Source: Wolbachia endosymbiont of Onchocerca ochengi
GTDB taxonomy: Bacteria; Pseudomonadota; Alphaproteobacteria; Rickettsiales; Anaplasmataceae
Assembly: GCF_000306885.1 (NCBI RefSeq)
Contig: NC_018267.1
Location: 120,001 to 152,000 of the forward strand
Reading direction: 5' to 3'
DNA: 32,000 nucleotides
Below are positions 9,295 through 18,672 of this stretch, piece by piece. Position numbers and translations under genes: made by a program. The notes below the pieces were generated by a model. That model was not told where the DNA came from. It worked only from the letters and a program-made list of their open reading frames with translations, and ran no database searches. Position 1 is the stretch's first letter, and the number at the start of each line of letters is the position of its first letter.

Positions 9295-10317
9295 ATGCGT
9301 AAGGTCTTTATCTACATTATCATCTCTTTATTCCTGTTTATTCCTACAGCATATAGTAGTTTTTGGTATTTTTCTGCATGTAAAACAAAAAATCTTCTAG
9401 CTGGAACAATACTATACATTAATGATGAAAAATTTGATATTTCATATGACTTTAGCGGATTCCCTTCTAGCTTAATTTTCCACATAACAAATCCAAAATT
9501 CTCCAACGAACAATTAACCATATCGTCTGATACTTTGTTAATAAAAAACAGACTGTTTGATAAATCAGTATATATTTATATACCAAGCAATGAGGTCAGC
9601 ATTGCTACTTCTAGTGATAAGAAAGAAAACATAAAATGTCACACAAATAATAACAATCATTTCACTGCCAAGCTAAACGATTTACCATCTTTGTTGCGGT
9701 TTAATAGAAGTAGTAATATAATAGACTATATAGATACACTTCGTTATGAAGACTATGGATTAAAATGTGATGTTTTACCTAACTCAAAAAATCAGCAAAG
9801 TGTTATAACTGAGGTGAATGGTAAAAGTAATTATATTCAATTTCATCTCGACAAAAAATTGAGTGGAAATAATAAGCTAGAATTTGATTTTTATACTTAT
9901 CGATATAAGAATACTGCAAATCCTGAAAGGTATCTTAGTATTGATACTAAATTTAATTACGAGTTTATAAACAACATCTCAGCTGCAAGAATTAATTTCA
10001 ACATAGAAAAATTTTTAATTCAGAGCAATAATTTTGCTATTGCTGCAGATGGTAGAATAAACAATTATGATTTAGTTACATCCTCATTTAAAGACAAAAT
10101 CAATGTATCCATATCAAACTATAAAGAATTGATTTCGTTTATGACTAACGACTCAAAAATTTTAGATAAGTTTGAAAAATTAATATTTTCTTTATCAGAA
10201 AAAACAACTGATGGCAATATTAATTTTTCAATAAAATATGACAATGATGTAGGATTAAGTTTCATTGGAAAATTATCCATCACTGATTTCATGAACCAAT
10301 TAGATAAAATTACTTAG
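9295..10317 (+). CDS. Hypothetical exported or membrane-anchored protein
   Basis: 340 aa with an N-terminal hydrophobic signal/anchor (MRKVFIYIIISLFLFIPTAYS). The remainder is Asn/Ser/Lys-rich with no motif I can name. It is tightly packed between fdx and ccmH on the same strand. Confidence 0.5.
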   Translation: MRKVFIYIIISLFLFIPTAYSSFWYFSACKTKNLLAGTILYINDEKFDISYDFSGFPSSLIFHITNPKFSNEQLTISSDTLLIKNRLFDKSVYIYIPSNEVSIATSSDKKENIKCHTNNNNHFTAKLNDLPSLLRFNRSSNIIDYIDTLRYEDYGLKCDVLPNSKNQQSVITEVNGKSNYIQFHLDKKLSGNNKLEFDFYTYRYKNTANPERYLSIDTKFNYEFINNISAARINFNIEKFLIQSNNFAIAADGRINNYDLVTSSFKDKINVSISNYKELISFMTNDSKILDKFEKLIFSLSEKTTDGNINFSIKYDNDVGLSFIGKLSITDFMNQLDKIT

Positions 10318-10327
10318 CTAGCTAAAA

Positions 10328-10705
10328 ATGAGAACGGCAGTTAACTTACTTTTTACATTAACATTTTGCTTGAATATTAATGCTTTTGCTTTGGATGATG
10401 AGCTCAGAGACAAAGTCATGGAGAAACGAGCAACTAATTTGTTTAAAATAATAAAGTGTCCAATATGTTCTGGTGAGTCGCTATCTGAATCCGAATCTCA
10501 AATTGCATATGATATGCGCAAAGCAATTCGTAGAAAAATCAGCAATGGGTATACTGACAAACAAATAATTTTAGAGCTAAAAAATTCCTATGGAAATTCA
10601 ATTATAACTATTCCACCTATAAAACCCAGCACCTATATTTTGTGGTTTATTCCACTCACTATTTTACTAATAGGGTGTTTTTTGATACGAAAACACATCC
10701 GGTAA
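10328..10705 (+). CDS. ccmH: Cytochrome c-type biogenesis protein CcmH/CycL
   Basis: 125 aa with a signal peptide, the CcmH CxxC motif in LFKIIKCPICSGESLSES, and a C-terminal TM anchor (ILWFIPLTILLIGCFLI). Confidence 0.8.
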   Translation: MRTAVNLLFTLTFCLNINAFALDDELRDKVMEKRATNLFKIIKCPICSGESLSESESQIAYDMRKAIRRKISNGYTDKQIILELKNSYGNSIITIPPIKPSTYILWFIPLTILLIGCFLIRKHIR

Positions 10706-10799
10706 TAAACCTTAATTCCTATGATTTTATGGAGACATGTTTAATTTTTTGCTTGTTAGAAATTAACTACAAATCAAGTAATATAGGTAGTATATAGCA

Positions 10800-10818
10800 A
10801 TAGAACAGTGAGTGAGAA
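10800..10818 (+). repeat. Left copy of a gapped direct repeat bracketing the IS remnant
   Basis: ATAGAACAGTGAGTGAGAA here versus ATAGACAGTGATGAGAA at 11644-11660. 17 matching positions with two 1-nt gaps, about 845 bp apart. Confidence 0.5.
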
Positions 10819-11640
10819 ATGAGGAAAAATATCCAATAGATAAATAGATTGAGGTAAAAGGGAATGAGTCAGAATGAAAGAATATTTCAGAGTATTTATA
10901 CAAAAAATGAAGGAGATCATTAAAACATAGCAAAAGAAGAATATTAAATGCAATTTTGCACACACTACGTACAAAATACCAATGTAGGAGGTACTAATTA
11001 TGCAATTTTCCATTATGAAAAGCAGTGAATTGACAATTTAGGAAATAGAAGAAGTAGAGAATCCTTAAAAAATTAAATTATGAATTCTCGAATATAGTTA
11101 AGAGAAAAATAGAAAGAAATAAATAGCCAAGCCTCTATAAGTGAAAGTAAATCTGTCAAAACAGCAGAAAAAGTAGAGCTAAAGGCTACGATGAGAATAG
11201 AAAAATAAAAAGGCAGGAAAAAAGGCATAGTAGACTTTAGATACACACAGAGATATAACCACCTAAAAGGTGCTATTAATAAGAATAATAAAGATTTTAA
11301 AATACATCTAAGATGAGGTTGCAGAAAGGTCTTCTACTTAGATCAACAGAAACAAAAGGTTATCAAAGAAATAAAATTTGTTTACAACATCTACTAAAAA
11401 TTTTATATCTTGCTGTAACTAAGGTCATGGTAAAAAGGAATTTTCTTCAACTTTACCATTTTGTGAACAACTTCTTATATAAGAATGATATGAAATACTA
11501 GAAAACTTAGATATTCTATTAGAAAATTTAGCATATATAGCATTAGAAGTCTTAACGATAACAAGATTTGGTTGAGTTTCAGAAAAATTGCTGTTCATGT
11601 ATACATAAAAAGCAAGCATACTTAAAAACGTTGTTCTCTA
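10819..11640 (+). mobile_element. Degraded IS5-family (IS4/IS5 superfamily, DDE) transposase remnant
   Basis: Multi-frame translation gives MRKNIQ* (from ATG 10819). It then gives RRILNAILHTLRTKYQCRRY*LCNFPL*KAV (nt ~10935-11025), compare the family motif ILNAI.Y.LRTGCQWR.LP..FP.W.TVY. Next comes SESKSVKTAEKVELK, a frameshift, then GYDENRKIKRQEKRH (nt ~11140-11228), compare DSQSVKT....GYD..KKIKGRKRH. Finally STETKGYQRNK (nt ~11343-11375), compare ADKGYDS. There are many stops and frameshifts. The right boundary is approximate. Confidence 0.6.
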
Positions 11641-11643
11641 TAT

Positions 11644-11660
11644 ATAGACAGTGATGAGAA
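11644..11660 (+). repeat. Right copy of the gapped direct repeat bracketing the IS remnant
   Basis: ATAGACAGTGATGAGAA, matching 10800-10818 (see left copy). Confidence 0.5.
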
Positions 11661-12373
11661 GTACTCTTAAGGCGCTTTTATGGTTAATAACTTATATTTC
11701 TGACTTGTTTCTTTATCCTGCCAATATTGATTCTAATACCTGCAGCATTTGATCAATGCAAGCAGTTCTTTCACTACAAAATTGCAAAAATAGAGTAACT
11801 GATTATAACCCTACAGTAGAGACATTATTTGAGTTCAAACTATGCAAGGAATAACTAGATATATTACAGCATATGTTATTAGCAGTCTTACTATTATATT
11901 TTTTTTAGTCTGCTTGATTCTTATAGGAACGATTCCCACATCGTTAAATCTAAATTATTCATTGCACGTGTTTGCTTATTCTTTCTGCTGTTAATAATAG
12001 CTGAAGTCTTCACGACAAAAAAACTTAGTGATATTTGAGGGCAATTATTATACAGGATTCACACAAAAGAGATGAGTACACTTGAAAATATTACCCTAAC
12101 ATAAGCAATAGCAAAATTCTCAGCACATTTGCATTAAATTATATACTTATTTTAGAGCTTTTATAATAAGCATATCTTCAAATCTGAAGCTTTGTTAACC
12201 TTAACGTTTATGATTATGATACTAATTTTTCTGTCTGCAACATTGAATAAACACAAGCAGTTTTTTATGGTGAGCTTGAAGAAGTAGTAGCAATAAACTA
12301 CAAACCTCGAGACAATCTTTTTTCTATTTACAAGTTCATATATGCAATTATAATTAATAAAATCCTTCTAAGA

Positions 12374-13288
12374 GTGCTTATGCCTCTGACTATAGCAATT
12401 TTGATTGGTGGGCCTTCTTGCGAGAGAGAAGTATCATTAATGAGTGGAAAAGCAGTGAAAAGAGCGCTTGATAGCCTTTCGTATAAGGCAATAGAAATAA
12501 ACGTTGACAACAATATTACTGAAAAGCTAAAAAAAATTAACCCGTGCCTTGCTTTTATCGCCCTACATGGACCTTACGGTGAAGACGGCTGCATTCAAGG
12601 CCTATTAGAAATCTTAGGTATAAAATACACCCACTCTGGAGTTATGGCTTCGTCTATTGCCATGAATAAAGAAATGTCTAAACACATATTTCACTACCTC
12701 GGTATCGATACCCCAAAAGGGTACATAATTAATCGAGAAGATATACAGAAAAACAACATCAGAATTGATTATCCGTATGTCCTAAAACCAATCAACGAAG
12801 GCTCAAGCATAGGCGTGCACATAATTTCCTCGCATGAAGATTACCTAAATCTAAAAGATAATAGTTCTACTATCATGGAAAGGATGATCATAGAAGAATA
12901 TGTTCCAGGTATAGAATTACAAACTGCTGTGTTACTAGATGAAGCAATCGGCACTATGGAAGTACGACCAAAAAATAAATTCTATAATTACGAAGCAAAA
13001 TATACAAGCGGACTTGCAGAATACATATTTCCTGCTGAAATTCCTGATAATATATATAAAATGACCTTGGAACATGCATTGAAAATCCATCGATTTCTAG
13101 AATGCAGAACTATATCTCGTTCGGATTTTCGCTATAATCCTAAAAATGAAGCTTTAAAAATGCTTGAGATTAATACACATCCTGGCCTTACTGAGCTATC
13201 ATTAGTACCAAAAATTGCAAAATTAACAAAAGGAATTGGTTTTAATGAATTAGTTCAAATTATCGTTGAAACAACACAAAAATATTAA
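12374..13288 (+). CDS. ddl: D-alanine--D-alanine ligase
   Basis: 304 aa. N-terminus IAILIGGPSCEREVSLMSGKAV, then HGPYGEDGCIQGLLEILGIKYTHSGV and an ATP-grasp core (PYVLKPINEGSSIGV, EEYVPGIELQTAVL). The track start is GTG 12374; ATG 12380 is an equally plausible start. Confidence 0.9.
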   Translation: MLMPLTIAILIGGPSCEREVSLMSGKAVKRALDSLSYKAIEINVDNNITEKLKKINPCLAFIALHGPYGEDGCIQGLLEILGIKYTHSGVMASSIAMNKEMSKHIFHYLGIDTPKGYIINREDIQKNNIRIDYPYVLKPINEGSSIGVHIISSHEDYLNLKDNSSTIMERMIIEEYVPGIELQTAVLLDEAIGTMEVRPKNKFYNYEAKYTSGLAEYIFPAEIPDNIYKMTLEHALKIHRFLECRTISRSDFRYNPKNEALKMLEINTHPGLTELSLVPKIAKLTKGIGFNELVQIIVETTQKY

Positions 13289-13299
13289 AGGTTAAGTAA

Positions 13300-14058
13300 A
13301 TGCTGAACAATATTACCAGAAGCCAAAAGAATTTTTTACGTAAATGTGCTTTATTTATCATAATAATGCTCTTTTTTATATCAGTACTCCATAGAGTACT
13401 TAACAAAACCACAAGTCAACTTAATTATTATTTTACTTGGTATAACGATCGCTTATCCAATTTATTGCTAAGTAACGGATTTTCAATTGATGAAGTAGTC
13501 ATCACTGGTAACAAATTCACAAATGAAAAGGACATTTTAAATTTGATAAATAAAACACAACCAATCATATATGTATCACTTTCAAAGCTTGCTGATAGCA
13601 TACAGTCCATAAGCAAATGGATAAAATACGTAAGAATTTATAGAATTTTACCCAATACCCTATATATTAATGTAGGCGAACATAAACCCTTTGCCCTATG
13701 GAGTAACGATAATAAAACTTCAGTAATTAATTCTGAAGGTAAAGTGATTGCAGATAACTATCCAATAGATAACCTCGTTGTAATCACAGGACAAAATTCG
13801 TTATCAAATCTAGAATTCATTAAAAATATACTAGAAAGAAAAACTCAATTGAGCAGCCATATTTCTTCTTGTGTTTATATAGAAAATAAAAGATGGAACG
13901 TCATACTTGATAACGTCTCTACAGTAAAACTACCCAAAGATAACCCTTACAGAGCATGGAATTATTTAAACCATTTGCAAAGTACGACTGATTTCACCTT
14001 TAGCAACTGGAGCATAATTGATATGCGTATTACAGATAAAATCTTTATGAGTAGGTGA
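13300..14058 (+). CDS. ftsQ: Cell division protein FtsQ
   Basis: 252 aa with a single N-terminal TM anchor (CALFIIIMLFFISVL) and a POTRA-like segment (FSIDEVVITGNKFTNEKDILNLI). It lies 11 nt downstream of ddl, as in dcw clusters. Confidence 0.8.
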   Translation: MLNNITRSQKNFLRKCALFIIIMLFFISVLHRVLNKTTSQLNYYFTWYNDRLSNLLLSNGFSIDEVVITGNKFTNEKDILNLINKTQPIIYVSLSKLADSIQSISKWIKYVRIYRILPNTLYINVGEHKPFALWSNDNKTSVINSEGKVIADNYPIDNLVVITGQNSLSNLEFIKNILERKTQLSSHISSCVYIENKRWNVILDNVSTVKLPKDNPYRAWNYLNHLQSTTDFTFSNWSIIDMRITDKIFMSR

Positions 14059-14691
14059 TCTGCTGTCATTCAAACATAACACTAGTTTCTTTATGATCAT
14101 TGTTGCCAAGCGTACAATGCTAAGATTTAGTTTTTTATGCTACTTTATAATGATAACTCCAAATAGTCTTAATGTTGTACCACCAATACCTTCTTTTTTT
14201 GTCGTTCTAACATCTCTTCCCTGTTACTTAAGTAGGTGATACTAAGATCCAAAAAAAAAAAGAAACATAGATTCCAACTCTATACGCTGGATAACGCCGT
14301 TTTGAAAAACAGATGTTCACTTACAATTAAAAGTAATTATAAATATCTTGTAAAAAAATTACTAAACAAAAAAACAGAAAATCTCCTATAGTAAATAGTT
14401 GCTCACCCTCTCTAATCTGTAAAATTATCATCTTATACTACCTTGAACAACTTATAAGCGCATTTCAGCTCTGAAACCTAAGAAAGTTAGGTAAAATTAA
14501 TAAAGATATAAAGGAAATATAGTTCACAAAACTAAGCACAAGACACCAACTACATAATACTTACGCTGTTCAATCCGCACAGAAGATTAAAGAATAACTG
14601 AACACCTTTATTATCGCAATAGGAAGACAAGCTTTACCAAGCAGTTTCCATTTGAATCAAACATACTGCCAAAAATTACGCAAGAGCTCTA

Positions 14692-15384
14692 TTAGAGCAA
14701 AAGCATAAGGTCTCTCGACTCTGGAAATCTCATGTTTAGCTGTAAAAACAGATATTTATTAAAAATAATACCCTGTGATTTTTAGCCCTGATTGAAATTC
14801 TTGATATATGAGTAACTATCTTATAGATTATTATTATATACTTCATACAATATTTGCGGGAAAAGTAGAGGTTTATCTTCTAGTAAGCTCCTACTTTTTT
14901 TTAACACTACCTTAACAGTTTTTTGAGAAATAAACTGTAAGTCTTCCTTAGTACTTGTCACAACGCACTTCGATAGATCTAGCTTAAACCCAAATTATGT
15001 ATAGCAAAAGCTTCAAATTAAGATAACAACCTTACCAAGGTTTACTGTTGTGCTTGATTACATAATAAAATATCAAAGGTTATCATATAGCATAAAACAA
15101 GATTATTTCTCTACTTTTCAACCCATCCTGAAGGATAGTAATAGAATAGAGTGAAGATTCAATTAATCCACATTAAAAAAATTAGGTTTTCAGTAATTTA
15201 GTACTCCATTCCGCATGTAATAGATTTAATAGATTACCTGTTTAAAACTTATGATTGCTGTTATGTGTTTTGCCCTGTTTAATTCCCTGCACTCTCCGTG
15301 ACTTTTTGTAAACAGAGAAAGAATCAAGTCTTTATCACCATACTTTTTAAAAGTAATAATAATACCTCCATCTTTACATCTCAT
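14692..15384 (-). pseudogene. recO: recO (DNA repair protein RecO) pseudogene with multiple frameshifts and stops
   Basis: Minus-strand translation from ATG (complement of 15384-15382) gives MRCKDGGIIITFKKYGDKDLILSLFTKSHGECRELNRAKHITAIISFKQVIY*, which follows the RecO N-terminal OB-fold pattern. A shifted frame gives GNLLNLLHAEW. Further on comes FEAFAIHNLG, a 1-nt frame change near 14990, then FGFKLDLSKCVVTSTKEDLQFISQKTVKVVLKKSRSLLEDKPLLFPQILYEVYNNNL* (stop at complement of 14821-14823), matching the RecO FE..LL..lG..LdL..C...t...l.yiS...g..v.......kll.fP..L region at the expected offset. Last comes GIIFNKYLFLQLNMRFPESRDLMLLL* (stop near 14692). The track shows no ORF of 60 aa or more here. 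Confidence 0.75.
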
Positions 15385-15644
15385 TTTGAACAACTAATCT
15401 ATTGACCGTATAACATTATACGGTAGTAAAGCTGGTGCAGCAAAAAACTATATTTCCAAGCTCAGGAAAATATTATCAAGAAGTGCTCTTAGATTGTGAA
15501 ACTAAAAGATTATCATCTTCTTGTGATCCTATCAAGCAAATCCCATTTAGGTTTTAAAAGATTTCACAAAATTTAAGTCTTTTATTGGACAGCAACCGTA
15601 TAAGTTAAGATAAAATTATTAGAATAATAATGTTTATTTTTATA

Positions 15645-15673
15645 TTGACTATTGGGGTTTATTATTTTATAAT
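15645..15673 (+). promoter_or_regulatory. Near-consensus sigma70 promoter for the rpsL (str) operon
   Basis: TTGACT (15645-15650), exactly 17 nt, TATAAT (15668-15673), about 40 nt upstream of the rpsL ATG at 15714. Confidence 0.5.
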
Positions 15674-15713
15674 TAGAACTTAAATTGTTTTAATGAGCCT
15701 AAGTTTTTAATGT

Positions 15714-16088
15714 ATGCCTACGATAAATCAGTTAGTACGCAAAGGTAGATTAAAGTTACTCTGTAAGAAAAAGGTTCCTGCCTTAGGAAGAAATAATCCT
15801 CAGAGAAAAGGCGTTTGTACTAAAGTGTATACTACAACTCCTAGAAAACCTAATTCAGCACTACGTAAAGTCGCTAGAGTAAGGATTAGTGGATATGGTG
15901 AAGTAACAGCTTATATACCTGGTGAAGGCCATAACTTACAGGAGCACTCAGTCGTTTTGATACGAGGTGGACGAGTTAAAGATCTACCTGGTGTACGCTA
16001 TCACATAATAAGAGGTACTCTTGATCTGCGTGGTGTACAAAATCGGAAAAAGGCTCGTTCAAAATATGGTGTAAAAAAATCTAGTTAA
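15714..16088 (+). CDS. rpsL: 30S ribosomal protein S12
   Basis: [12 protein letters not shown]..., [36 protein letters not shown]. Unmistakable S12. Confidence 0.97.
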   Translation: MPTINQLVRKGRLKLLCKKKVPALGRNNPQRKGVCTKVYTTTPRKPNSALRKVARVRISGYGEVTAYIPGEGHNLQEHSVVLIRGGRVKDLPGVRYHIIRGTLDLRGVQNRKKARSKYGVKKSS

Positions 16089-16093
16089 AATTT

Positions 16094-16573
16094 ATGGCTC
16101 GTCGGAATAAAGCAAAAAAGAGAAAAATAAGTCCTGATTCACATTACGGTAGTGTTTTATTAACGCGTTTTATCAATATAATTATGAAATGTGGTAAAAA
16201 GTCCATTGCAGAAAAAATTGTCTATGATGCTCTATCTTCAGCTGAAAAAAAAATGAAGGAAAGCGGAATACTAATTTTTGAAACGGCAGTGGAAAATGTT
16301 ACCCCCTCTATAGAAGTACGTCCTCGTCGTATTGGCGGTGCAACTTATCAAGTACCTGTTGAGGTCAGAAAGGATAGAGCAGTTTCTTTAGCACTAAGGT
16401 GGATTGCAGAAGCTGCTTCTGCAGCTCGAAAAAAAAGTAGAAAAAATTCTACTGATTGTCTACAAACTGAAATCATAGATGCTTACAATAAACGCGGTGG
16501 TGCATTTAAGATGTATGAAGAAAAATATAAAATGGCCGAGGCTAATAAAGCCTTTTCCCATCTTAGCTTTTAA
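16094..16573 (+). CDS. rpsG: 30S ribosomal protein S7
   Basis: 159 aa. [34 protein letters not shown], and position after rpsL. Confidence 0.97.
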   Translation: MARRNKAKKRKISPDSHYGSVLLTRFINIIMKCGKKSIAEKIVYDALSSAEKKMKESGILIFETAVENVTPSIEVRPRRIGGATYQVPVEVRKDRAVSLALRWIAEAASAARKKSRKNSTDCLQTEIIDAYNKRGGAFKMYEEKYKMAEANKAFSHLSF

Positions 16574-16594
16574 TGTTAATTAATTAATAGTAAT

Positions 16595-18661
16595 ATGGAA
16601 ATTAACATATCTGAATATAGAAATATAGGTATAATGGCTCATATAGATGCTGGCAAGACTACCACAACAGAGCGTATTTTATTTTATACTGGTAAACAAA
16701 ATAGAATTGGCGAAGTGCATGATGGTGCAGCTTCTATGGATTGGATGGAGCAGGAAAAAGAGCGTGGTATTACAATCACATCCGCTGCTACAACTTGTTT
16801 CTGGAATGGTCACAAAATCAATATAATAGATACTCCTGGGCACGTTGACTTTACTGTCGAAGTTGAAAGATCCTTAAGAGTTTTGGATGGTGCAGTTGCC
16901 GTATTTGACGGAGTTGCAGGAGTCGAACCTCAATCTGAAACTGTCTGGCGTCAAGCTGATAAGTATAATGTTCCCCGCATCTGTTTTATCAATAAAATGG
17001 ATAGAATAGGAGCAAATTTTCATCGATGTGTTGATATGGTTAAAAATAAGCTAGGAGCAGTGCCTTTAATCATTCAGCTGCCAATAGGGAATGAAAAGGA
17101 TTTTAAAGGCGTAATAGATCTTGTCTCTATGAAAGCTATTATATGGGAAAAAGAAGCATTAGGTGCTAAATTTTTCTATGAAGATATTCCTTTTAGTTTG
17201 CTTGACAAGGCACAAGAGTACCGAAGTCTTTTATTAGATACTGCAGCTGGAATGGATGATGAAGCAATGAACGTTTACTTTGAATTCAATGATTTACCGG
17301 TAGAGTTGTTGAAGAAATGTGTGAGAAGCGGGACTATTAAAGGAACATTTGTTCCGGTGTTATGCGGGTCAGCTTTTAAAAATAAAGGAGTACAGCCACT
17401 CTTAAACAGTATAGTTGATTTTCTACCCTCTCCTATTGACGTTAACGAAATTGTTGGGACTGATCCTAAAAACAAAGAGAAAAAAATTGTAATTAAGCCT
17501 TCAGAGCAGGAAAAATTTGTTGCTCTTGCATTTAAAGTGATGACAGATAAGTTCGTGGGCAGCTTAACGTTCATTCGTATTTATTCCGGTAAATTAAAAT
17601 CTAAGTCTACTGTATTGAATGCGGGAAAAAATGAAAATGAATGGATTGGCAGAATGCTGCTCATGCATGCAAACAACAGGGAAGATATAAGTGAAGCTAA
17701 GGTCGGAGATATAGTTGCTTTAGTCGGACTGAAAAAAACAATTACTGGTGACACTTTATGTTCACAAAATTTTCCTATATTATTAGAGCGTATGGAATTT
17801 CCTGAACCTGTTATTGAAATTGCTATAGAGCCTAAAACCACTTCAGACCAGGAAAAATTAGGTATTGCTTTAAGCAGATTAGTTGCAGAAGATCCTTCAT
17901 TAAGAATGTCAATAAATACAGAAAGTGGTCAGACTATATTAAAAGGCATGGGCGAGTTGCATCTTGAAATTATTACAGATAGGGTAAAGCGTGAATTTAA
18001 TATTGATGTTAATATTGGTGCACCTCAAGTTGCATACCGTGAAACTATTACTAAATCTGTTGAGATTGATTACACTCACAAAAAACAATCTGGTGGTGCT
18101 GGTCAATTTGCTAGGGTAAAGCTCTTATTTGAACCTCTCCAAGCCGGTTCTGGATTTCAATTTGAAAGCAAAATTGTAGGTGGTGTAATTCCAAAAGAAT
18201 ATATCCCTAGCGTGCAAAATGGTTTAGAATTGATAAAAGAAAGCGGCATAATCTCTGGTTTTCCAGTTATTGATTTTAAGGCTACTCTTATTGATGGTGC
18301 TTTTCATGAAGTTGATTCAAGTCCTTTAGCCTTTGAGTTAGCTGCTAAAGGCGCCTTTAAGGAAATGGCAAATAAGGCTAGTCCAAAGATATTAGAGCCT
18401 ATAATGAAAGTTGAAATTATTACACCTGAAGAGTATATGGGTGATATTATGGGTAACGTAAACAGTAGAAGAGGGCAAGTTTCAAGCATGGAAACACATA
18501 ATAATAGTGCTATAATCCTTGCTTTAGTACCTCTTGCAAGTATGTTTGGCTATATAAATGTTTTACGTTCTATATCTCAAGGAAGAGCTCAATATAGTAT
18601 GCATTTTTCTTGTTATGAACAAGTGCCACAATGTGTGGTTGATAAGTTAAAGTACAATTAA
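16595..18661 (+). CDS. fusA: Elongation factor G
   Basis: 688 aa. [53 protein letters not shown]. Confidence 0.97.
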   Translation: MEINISEYRNIGIMAHIDAGKTTTTERILFYTGKQNRIGEVHDGAASMDWMEQEKERGITITSAATTCFWNGHKINIIDTPGHVDFTVEVERSLRVLDGAVAVFDGVAGVEPQSETVWRQADKYNVPRICFINKMDRIGANFHRCVDMVKNKLGAVPLIIQLPIGNEKDFKGVIDLVSMKAIIWEKEALGAKFFYEDIPFSLLDKAQEYRSLLLDTAAGMDDEAMNVYFEFNDLPVELLKKCVRSGTIKGTFVPVLCGSAFKNKGVQPLLNSIVDFLPSPIDVNEIVGTDPKNKEKKIVIKPSEQEKFVALAFKVMTDKFVGSLTFIRIYSGKLKSKSTVLNAGKNENEWIGRMLLMHANNREDISEAKVGDIVALVGLKKTITGDTLCSQNFPILLERMEFPEPVIEIAIEPKTTSDQEKLGIALSRLVAEDPSLRMSINTESGQTILKGMGELHLEIITDRVKREFNIDVNIGAPQVAYRETITKSVEIDYTHKKQSGGAGQFARVKLLFEPLQAGSGFQFESKIVGGVIPKEYIPSVQNGLELIKESGIISGFPVIDFKATLIDGAFHEVDSSPLAFELAAKGAFKEMANKASPKILEPIMKVEIITPEEYMGDIMGNVNSRRGQVSSMETHNNSAIILALVPLASMFGYINVLRSISQGRAQYSMHFSCYEQVPQCVVDKLKYN

Positions 18662-18672
18662 GGACAATAATT

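Noticed and set aside
10763-11619. Track ORFs 10763-10963(-), 10774-11013(-), 11313-11501(+) and 11425-11619(-) as possible small genes in the ccmH-ddl gap.
   Set aside because: All overlap the degraded IS5-family remnant. 11313-11501 is one surviving frame of the transposase (it contains the TKGYQ fragment). The minus-strand ones are antisense low-complexity readings.
14050-14240. 10-mer AGTAGGTGAT occurs at the ftsQ stop (14050-14059) and again at 14231-14240, hinting at a duplicated ftsQ 3' end.
   Set aside because: Only 10 nt match. Flanking sequence and the encoded peptides are unrelated and the two copies are out of frame (181 nt apart). This is consistent with chance.
14100-14500. Possible pdxJ remnant downstream of recO on the minus strand (IELES..., RDVRTTKKEGIGG, ILQIREGEQ). 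The E. coli operon order recO-pdxJ suggested it.
   Set aside because: The matches need several ad hoc gaps. Spacing between the REDRRH-like and NLE-like pieces is about double that expected. A full pdxJ would run into the intact ftsQ. The evidence is not good enough to call.
15406-15423. Near-perfect 18-nt palindrome CCGTATAA-CA-TTATACGG just upstream of the recO start, with a partial copy ACCGTATAAG at 15594-15603.
   Set aside because: Arms of 8 bp are expected a few times by chance in 32 kb of this composition. It sits next to a dead gene, so I have no basis for a functional call.
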